Below, piece after piece: positions 55,590 through 64,000 of a DNA stretch of 64,000 bases. Source of the stretch: Lama glama. Taxonomy: Eukaryota. The DNA lies in contig CM052817.1 of NCBI GenBank assembly GCA_028534125.1, positions 83,392,001-83,456,000 of the forward strand, read 5' to 3'. Positions within the stretch are counted from its first letter, which is position 1; each line of letters opens with the position of its first letter. Under the pieces are notes generated by a model. It did not search any database and was not told the DNA's origin. It saw nothing but the letters and a program-made list of their open reading frames with translations. Both the position numbers and the translations under genes were made by a program.

Positions 55590-56500
55590 TACACGCTACA
55601 CTCACGTGTTTCAGGAAAATGTGGCTCCTTTCTTTTCCGTATCGCTGACATCATGCGGCCCTCAAGTTCACTCAGTGGAGCTGGGAAGTAAACCAGTCCA
55701 TTAAGGTTACTGCTTTTCTTCTGGTTGCTAAATACACAATTCCAGGGTAGAACTGTACCCTTCGGGTAAGCAAGGCCTCTCTAGGTAATGGCAGACTGTC
55801 ACAGGGCTTCCCTCCCCTTGCGTTTTCCCAGGTGGTCATGCGAGGGTCAGCAGAAACACACTCCGTCAAGCCGGCCGGCAAACTCACTTGCTACCTGCGG
55901 CCTGGGTCTCTGTCTGAGGGAACCCACTGAGGACGCAGCTGGGCTCACCCGTAGGGGTCCCCCGAGGGCAATGAGCAACTTCTGCCGCGTCTGCCATCAG
56001 CCAGGAATTGCCCAGAATTGACCCACGGCTCCTAGGCTGCCCCGTGCCACACAACATGCACCGGCACGCACGGGCACGCACAGGCACGCACTGCCACGCA
56101 CAGGCACGCACAGACACGCACTGCCACGCACAGGCACGCACAGACACGCACTGCCACGCACAGGCACGCACAGCTGCCGAGAAGCACCGCCTCCGCCCGT
56201 GGCTCTCTTTGCACAGCCCCGCGTAGCGTCGCTGCCGTTCTCCTTGCCTCTCCTTCTCTCTCCCTTAAAAGAGGCGACTTGCACAGCGCTGTCGTGGTCC
56301 TTGAGTCTCACACATACCTGTCACTCCCTTTGAGACACAATGAGGTACTTGCTGCGTCCCATGCCCGCCGTCAGGTTTCCTGGTCATGCGGCCGAGATTC
56401 CCCCACTCCTTAGCACCGCTTCCCCTCGCGGAGTAAATCCCGACACGCGTGTCGGACCGTTGGCTTCCTCAGCCCCTGCCTGACTTTGTGTCTACGTGAC
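55590..56500. promoter_or_regulatory. CpG-rich island / probable promoter or alternative first exon of an unidentified gene
   Basis: Only extended GC- and CpG-rich stretch in the window; GC box cctccgccc (56190-56198); E-box CACGTG (55603-55608); minus-strand donors CAA/GTGAGT (exon end 55888), CGG/GTGAGC (55949), CAG/GTATGT (56318). Confidence 0.75.
56061..56170. repeat. GC-rich minisatellite: 11 x 10-bp unit (cNNNcacgca) with a 30-bp higher-order repeat
   Basis: ccggcacgca cgggcacgca caggcacgca then (ctgccacgca caggcacgca cagacacgca) about 2.7 times. Confidence 0.97.
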
Positions 56501-59059
56501 CTGATTTAGACTTCCCTTAACAACCATCTTCCTCTTTCCAAGGCAGCAGCTCCCCCTTTTTAGGAACCATAATGGTGGAATGGCTGCAGGGAACCTTTCA
56601 TTTGTGGGTGGAGGGGGAGTGGGGAAACAAGAGTTTTTATATACAAAATACTCCGTGACGTATTTTCTACTTCTATAATCCCATCCCCAAAATATTGTTT
56701 TTAAAGTGTAATGAAGGGAATCCTAGGGTCATTCTGGAAGTCAGACTGCCAGGTAATTCTCAATTACTGCCCATAAGATAACCTTCCTGGAAATACTTTC
56801 AATACATTTTGAGTACGCAAAGAACATGTTGCCGATCCTGCCCAGGCCAAGAAAGCATGGTGGAACCTGGATGGGCCCTATAATGTATGTGAAGTGCTTA
56901 GCCTGCCATGTATATTGGTATCCAGTGTTAGCTATGATTACCATGCTGCAAAGAGGGGGCAGAAACAGATTTGAGCAGAGTGCCACAGTAGGAAAAGTAC
57001 ATGTTTAAAGTAGCAAGCCCCGTATCCACATGGACCCGTAAAAAGCTAAACTGGCCACTAATTCGTGCCCAATTTCAAATGCCACCCTAGACCGGCAAAC
57101 AAAGGACATGCAACACATACTCCTTTTTTTTTTTTAATCTCACTTTCCATAAAGGAAACTGTAATATTGATCCTGGGGGAAAGACTTGCCACCATTACTT
57201 AAAAGGTTCTGCCTTATAATGAAAGGAGTGAACCATATACTGATACATGATTTGAACCCAAGCTACATATAGTGAGATGCCGTATTACATGATTTGGCTA
57301 TTTTTAGAAACTCACTCTAGAAATGAAAAAATAAGCAAATACACAATTGGAGATATGTAGAAATAGAATCCTACAGCTTGTTGGACTGAGAGGAGGAAAG
57401 GGAGTGGAGGGGCCAGAGACATGGAGAGAAAGAGTTTTGCTAACATAAACTCTGAATTGAGGGGGTGAGGGGGATATAGAGGGGATGGGGCAGATGAACT
57501 CTTGTGAAAGTGAGTTTGGTTAGGAAACATAAGGAAATAAGTCGGAACTGATTTTGATAGATTATCTTCCAGATAGAAATAGTAGAGCCTTTCTTTTCAT
57601 TTTTTAAGTATATTTTAAATATGGTATTAATATTTTATATTTAGTATAATATTAAGAGCCTTTCTTTTTGTTTTTTAAAGGAAAACCTAGCATATGGTTG
57701 TTGAAGACTACAAGACCATTCCTCGTTTAAGCCAAGTCCACTTAATAAGGTCAGAACAAACTCAAACTTAATGATTTGTAGATTTTTTTAATAAACAGCG
57801 TACTTTAAGATGACAAACATATAATGGAAAAAATTTGGTAAATCACTTGCAAGTTTATCAGATTAAAACCAGCAACTACTACTATTTCAAGTGTTCTTCG
57901 GTTTTTATGTTATGTGACTGGAAATCATAGTTTAAATTGTTAACAAAGTTGGTAATTGATGTACTACTACTCAGCATGTAGTCCTTTAGGAGGGTTATAG
58001 ATTTTGAAGGTCAAAGCAATGCTGCTAACTAATTGTTATAATCTTAGGCTTGGAGTAGGAAACACCATGGTGTGGGAAAGAGCTTTCTCTTCAGCACACT
58101 ATTTAAAGAAATAAAAATAAAGATGTCACTGAAGCTATTTCAGATCAATTCTAAAGTATCTACTAAAGGCCCAGGTCACTGGGTTGGGTGGGGTATATTA
58201 TATAATGGCTAACAGGGCTTTAAAGTCACTACAATTAAATTTTTATTTCACAAATATTGGTTTATGACATGTGGTGACTCAAGTAACACTCACAGCTACA
58301 ACTGTAACATAAAATATTCTAGAGGGAAAAAAGATTGAAAAGCCTCAAGATCAGAACAGTATCTTAAACCAAAAGGAAGCTAGGTCAAAACATACCATTT
58401 TCACATGAAAGATCATAAAACTTGGATTTTCCTGTAACTGAAAAAGGTAATCTCCTGATCAGCTCGTACACAGTCTTATATCGATGTTTATGCGCCTCTC
58501 AGACTCTTCATGTTTGGCTACACTTTTCTGGATGCCAGCAAAAATCTTCCCTGAAATCAAAAATACCCCGGGGTAGAATTTCTTTTCCCAACAGTACAAC
58601 TTGAAAACTTAAAGAGTCACAGTGCCCTCTAGTGACCTATTTTTAAGACCTGTTTTTATTTCAATCTCGGAGAACAAAAGTTTAAGTGAATCTTGTACAC
58701 TTAACGAGAGTTTTTCCCATAAATGTTTATAAATGACAATTTCTGAGGGAGGGAAGGTAACAATCAGCACAGAGCACACTGAAGAATGACTCCTTTTTTG
58801 TTCTTCCACTGCTCCCACAGTTACATTGTATCTGGAGGGCAAAAAAGGCTTAACTCCAATCAATCCTGTGAAACAAGGGCCATTAACATGTACAGATGTA
58901 AAATTCTTATCTAGAATTGTGATAAGGACAAGTTTGTGGAGTTGTGGATCTGTATTTCAGTCCCAGATCTATCTATCAATTCCTGACAATGAGACCTGTG
59001 CAAAGGAACTTGATCTAGCTGCACCTCACTTTTCTTCATCTGTAAGTGAATAAAGGTTG

Positions 59060-59900
59060 ACAGTGTTGGAGAGGATGCAGGAAAATGAACCCCAAACACT
59101 TCTAGTGAGAGCATTAGTGCTTCAGCCCTTCTGGAGGGAAAACTGGCAGTAACTCTCAAACTAACAGGAATTTTCTAAATTTGTTGCCAGTAACTCTCAA
59201 AAATCAGGAGTTTCTGAATGTACATTGCCTTAGTGCCAGAATAATGGCTAATATTTAACTCTTACTCTGTTCCACACACTAAGTGTTTTAAGTATATTTG
59301 CTCATTTATTCCTCACAAAAAATCCTATGCATTAGTACTATAATTAACTCCATTTAAATATTAGGAAATGGAGACACTAAAAGTTGCCCAAGTTTACACA
59401 ACTAGTAATTGGCAAAGCCTGGATACAAACCCAGGCATATGATTCAGCATCCACACTGCTAACTAACCATTATGCTATACTTCCAGAGCTTCCTCTTCTG
59501 GGAATTTATCCTAAGAAAATAATCAAGAATATGTATGACTTTTCAATCAGGATGTTAATCTCAGCATCATTTACAATAAAGGGGGAAGAAAGGCAAATAA
59601 CCTAAATTACCATTAAAATGATTATGTTCAAGCCAAACCATTGACTGTGTAACCTTGAAGAACATCTAATGACGTGGAGAATGTATCCTCATATATTAAG
59701 TGAAAATAGCAGGTTAGAAACATACATGTGTATATACATAAATATGTATAGTGTGCTCCAATTTTTAAAAATACATATTCAAGAAAAAGGAAGGAAAATT
59801 TTACAAGTGTAAATAATAATTATGCCTAGTTGGTGAGTTTAGGGCGTAGTGATTTTTAGTTTCTTTTTCTATACCCATTTTCTAAATGTTTTAAATTAAC
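59060..59900 (+). mobile_element. Ancient L1ME-like 3' fragment split by a minus-strand MIR (~59240-59480)
   Basis: cagcccttctggagggaaaactggcagta resumes at ttcctcttctgggaatttatcctaag; MIR has gttgcccaagtttacacaactagtaattggcaaagcctgga. Confidence 0.65.
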
Positions 59901-60619
59901 TCTAAAAATACTTTATTTTTTATAAGGGGTTCAGGCCAAATGTGCTGTAAGATACTTTCTAGCTCTAAATTTCTATTATTTTGAACGTGATAAATAGAGA
60001 TTAGTCAAGGAATTTTAGAACTAGGAGGAGGAAAAAAAAAAACTATTACCATCTCTCCAGCAGTTTCCCAATCTGTTTGATCCTCAGAATCACCTGGGGA
60101 AATCAAAGTACACACTCCCTGCCATCTTCTTTCCCTGATCCAAATCACCTGAGGATGATTCTTGTGATTTAGCAGGGTGGGGAACTACTAATTTACTCCC
60201 ATTGTATCTTTTCAGTCCTCTCACTAGCCATAAAATAGCATTCTTATAAACCAAAAGCAGACTAGAGCCATCATATACCATTGGTTATTATAAGCAATCC
60301 AGTTAATATTGATATTGACAAATTTTAATTTCAGGTTAAATTTCCTAATTTTCTTGAGGAAAAGTGCATCATAAGATAAACAACAAATTTACTAATTAAA
60401 AAAATTTTATACTTAGAAATAATAAAAGTTACACCCACTAACACTGAGCAGAGAGAATGTATTCTTACCTATATTCATTGCAAATAGCTTGTCCACATTT
60501 CTCAACTACATGCTTATTTAAAGGAACTAAGACACAAAATCAGACCATCCCCCACCCTGAAAAAACATATTTGATACTGTGGAGGGAAGGGGCAGTTCAG
60601 TTAATGTAGAAGAAATTTT

Positions 60620-61283
60620 TTTAACATTTTTATTGATTTATAATCATTTTACAATGTTGTGTCAAATTTCAGTGTAGAGCACAATTTTTCAGTTATACAT
60701 GAACATATATATAATTCATTGTCACATTTTTTTCTCTGTGAGCTACCATAAGATCTTGTATGTATTTCCCTGTGCTATACAATATAATCTTGTTTATCTG
60801 TTCTACATTTTGAAATCCCAGTCTATCCCTTCCCACCCCCCCACACCGTTAGCAACCACAAGTTTGTATTCTATGTCTGAGTCTGTTTCTGTCTTGTGTT
60901 TATGTTTTGTTTGTTTGTTTTTAGATTCCACATATTAGCGATCTCATATGGTATTTTTCTTTCTCTTTCTGGCTTACTTCACTTAGAATGACATTCTCCA
61001 TGAACATCTACATTGCTGCAAATGACATTATGTTGTCAGTTTTTATGGCTGAATAGTATTCCATTGTATAACTATACCACATCTTCTTTATCCAGTCATC
61101 TGTTGATGGACATTTAGGCTGTTTCCATGTCTTGGCTATTGTAAATAGTGCTTCTATGAACATTGGGGTGCAGGTGTCATTTTGAAGTGGGTTCCTTCTG
61201 GATATATGCCCAGTAGCAGGATTCCTGGGTCATATGGTAAGTCTATTCCTAGTCTTTAGAGGAATCTCCATACTGTTTTCTAC
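60620..61283 (-). mobile_element. Young 5'-truncated L1 (L1-1_Vpa-like)
   Basis: Reverse complement of the same tail family; TSD aatgtagaagaaatttt (60603-60619) and aatgcagaagaaatttt (61284-61300). Confidence 0.93.
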
Positions 61284-62667
61284 AATGCAGAAGAAATTTT
61301 GTTTTAATCAAAACATTGTCCAAACGTTCTCAATAGTCTTAGTTGCACAGAGTAAGGAAAAGACATTCTGCACACAGTGAGAGCATTTATGAAGAGAGAA
61401 GGAAAGACTTACAAAATCTCCCATGAAAAGTTTAAGTATTTGTCACCATTTTAAAGCTACTTGGCATATTTTTAGAGCAGCAATTTTTATTTGTGGTATA
61501 GTAACCTAAGTGAGTCGCAAATTAACTGTACAGAAAGAGATAAAGTTACACTAACTCTCAGGAGAGGCATGTCACCAGAGTCTATCTTATCCAAGTCACA
61601 GACTTAGTTGCATGGTATACGCATGTCATTTTGCCTGAAGACATCTACCACAAGGTGTACCTCAGCAGAAAACAGGGGGCAGAGTACTGATCTAAAAAAC
61701 GATAGGTAAATAGAACTGAAAGGTAAGATGGTTCATCTCTCATTCCTAACATTCAAAAGAAAGTATCTCCTGATGTAGCAGTCTTGACAAAAGAAAACAA
61801 AAAGCATACATATGCACACTCACAAAACATTTAAAAATAAAAACCAGGACCAAGGTTGAATTAAAAAAAACTCTATGAAAATAGTTTGGCAAAAGCAGGC
61901 ATCGTGGTGACATGAATTGTGGGTAGCGTGTGCTGCTGGCTTGATTGCTTCCGTGACTTGTCAGATAACACCTACCCCAAGTTCTAACTGCAGACTCTGC
62001 TTCAATTCCCTTACCTGAGTTTTCACTCTGCTTTCTCACAGTCCTGGAAAATGTTCTACTCAAGGCAGCAAGTACACACACAGCCCAGATGAACTATAAT
62101 TAAGGTGGCAAGAGACCAAGAAAAAGAGCAGGCAGTGTTAGTTCAATTGTTTCCTTTGCACGGGCAGCAGATGGACTCAAGGTCTAATAACCCTTTTGTA
62201 CTTCAGCTAAGGCTGACAATATATCATTATGCTCAGATGGGAGCAAGAAGAAGGTGCCTAGCAACTTGGACTTGGAATGCCTGGGCTTTTGTCAATTTAT
62301 GTCATAATCTTAATATTAAACAGGCTTGCTCTCATTTGCCAGTCATCACCTCATTTTATGTTTTTCAAACACAAGAAGATTAAATAGTCTTTCCTGAAAG
62401 TACTTTAGCCCCTTAGATATAGAACAGTAGTAGTATTTAGGAGTCTCCCCTTATAAATGTGTACATAAAACTGCCATGAGCCTTGATGGAAATTATATCA
62501 GCAAGTTGGGGGGCCTACCATGGGTAATATTTTCATTAGCCATAGTATCCACATAACCCAGGCTCTTTTTGGAATTCAGTGAGCTACCACGGACTATTTT
62601 TTTGGACCCCATTACCCTTGTGTTCTTGTGCTTTATGTATATAAGAAGTCATTAGAACTTCTATTTC

Positions 62668-62708
62668 AATAATAATAATAATAATAATAAAAATAATAAT
62701 AAAAATAA
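62668..62708. repeat. (AAT)n microsatellite
   Basis: Directly visible. Confidence 0.95.
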
Positions 62709-62800
62709 GGGGAGAGGGTATAGCTCAAGTGGTAGATTGTATGCTTAGCAAGCATGAGGTCCAAGATTCAATCCCCAGTACCTCCATTTAAAAAAAAAAG
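62709..62800 (+). mobile_element. Short tRNA-derived SINE (Vic-1-like)
   Basis: ggggagagggtatagctcaagtggtag...gattcaatccccagtacctcca followed by an A tail. Confidence 0.9.
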
Positions 62801-64000
62801 AAGAGGAAGTTCTATTTCTATTTAGTTTTATCTTTTCTCTTTGAATCTCTGTGTTTTATAATGCAAATGAAATGTGTGCATTTTGGACTGTGTGCTCAAA
62901 AACATTTTAGATGACTAGATCATGGTGTGTGCTCAATTAATAGTTGATGAAGGACAATAAGAAGGAAAGAATGAAGAAAGGAGGGAGATCTGAGAATGAA
63001 TGAAAATCACCAAACTATCAATGGACCACATGCCCCTCTCACAACTCAGTGCAGGAAGAAAATTCTGTTAGTAACGTATGACAGGGAGGACAAAAATCAC
63101 CATTTCTCTCTAATATCCTGCTATGATGTCTAATGTCAATCCAGGAGGAAGACAGAGCTTATTAAGCTTTCATTTTACTCTTTGGTGAAGAAGAGACATA
63201 TTGGGAAAAATTAATTTCTATCAGGAAACCCAGAAATATTAGTTCGGGATTTAAATAAATACCCAATCCTAAGGTCCCAGGTAAATAATTTAACATACAG
63301 CTCGCATTCTCCTAAATTTCTCACTGCAGATGCCAGTGCAAAAAAAGAGATCTTTATATAGACAATGAGTCTAAATTATCACTGAACTCTTACAAATCTT
63401 TTTTTCAACAAAAAGATGGAAAAAAATGTTGCAAATATAATTATCATTAATTATGATGAAAAACATACAATCATGTATGTTATTCATAAGTGGACCCATC
63501 CTCCCCAATAGCCATGGACATTTGGAGTCTGAAGTAACTTCAAGGAGGAGAAAGTACGGAGATTTTTATGGACCACATAGTTCTCATCAGCTCAGGAGAA
63601 AGAGGAAATGTCCTAGTCCAAACCTGACTTGGAAGAGGAAACTTTTCCCAACATTTTGTAGATGAATGTTTGTCTAATATAATATCTTCTCCATTCTTCT
63701 CCCAGTACTGAACTCTCCTGCCATATGACAACCTCTGCTGAGAAAAGTTGTGTCCATCTCATCCTTATCTTATCCCTATCATCCTATGGTATATAACCAT
63801 ATACTTGGAAGATCTCAAGTTAAGTAAATGTTACAAAGGACCATAAAATAGTACGGAGAATAAAAATGTGAGAAAAGCAATTAGTAAAAAAATTAATGGA
63901 GGCAACGGAGAAACAAAAAGAAAGTCATTGTAGCCAGGCCATTTAGGGCTTCTCTCTTGAGTAAATAATGTCATATTCCTGTTTTAAACACAAAGAAGAT

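Noticed and set aside
56061..56170. Regular repeat array superficially like a CRISPR
   Set aside because: 10-bp tandem units with no unique spacers, no cas genes, mammalian context
55884..56311. Overlapping Cys/His-rich repetitive ORFs (RACAWQCVSV, THCHAQART, CACLCVAVRV)
   Set aside because: They are translations of the 10/30-bp minisatellite in several frames; no evidence of a real metal-binding protein
57584..59201. Short direct repeats (agagcctttctttt at 57584 and 57655; cagtaactctcaaa at 59147 and 59188)
   Set aside because: Ordinary small local duplications with no further structure
60470..62041. Two further AG/GT-bounded minus-strand segments (~60470-60527, ~62015-62043)
   Set aside because: Unrecognised peptides; typical pseudo-exon frequency
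62709..62790. Possible tRNA gene (also 29955-30030)
   Set aside because: tRNA-like A/B boxes but with A tail, flanking repeats and no intact cloverleaf; these are SINEs

Overview
AT-rich mammalian genomic DNA, most likely from a camelid. That call is an inference from memory of repeat consensuses: two tRNA-derived Vic-1-like SINEs and several copies of a young L1 3' tail. Most of the window is ancient and recent interspersed repeats (L1, L2, MIR, ERV LTRs, DNA transposons). I could not recognise any protein-coding gene; nearly all ORFs in the track are L1 remnants or chance ORFs. The window looks like intronic DNA of a minus-strand gene with a promoter or alternative first exon at the single CpG-rich island (~55.6-56.5 kb). 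The most notable structures are: (1) eleven GCGTG (AhR/HIF-core) motifs at exact 10-bp spacing inside the island, with a 16-bp palindrome and an intact MER41-like solo LTR nearby; (2) a 10-kb nested L1 complex where one target site occurs three times, recording two sequential insertions at the same nick, one of them a mosaic insert. I found no convincing evidence of a wholly new biological system. Repeat family names are visual calls and need RepeatMasker/Dfam confirmation; boundaries of old repeats are approximate.
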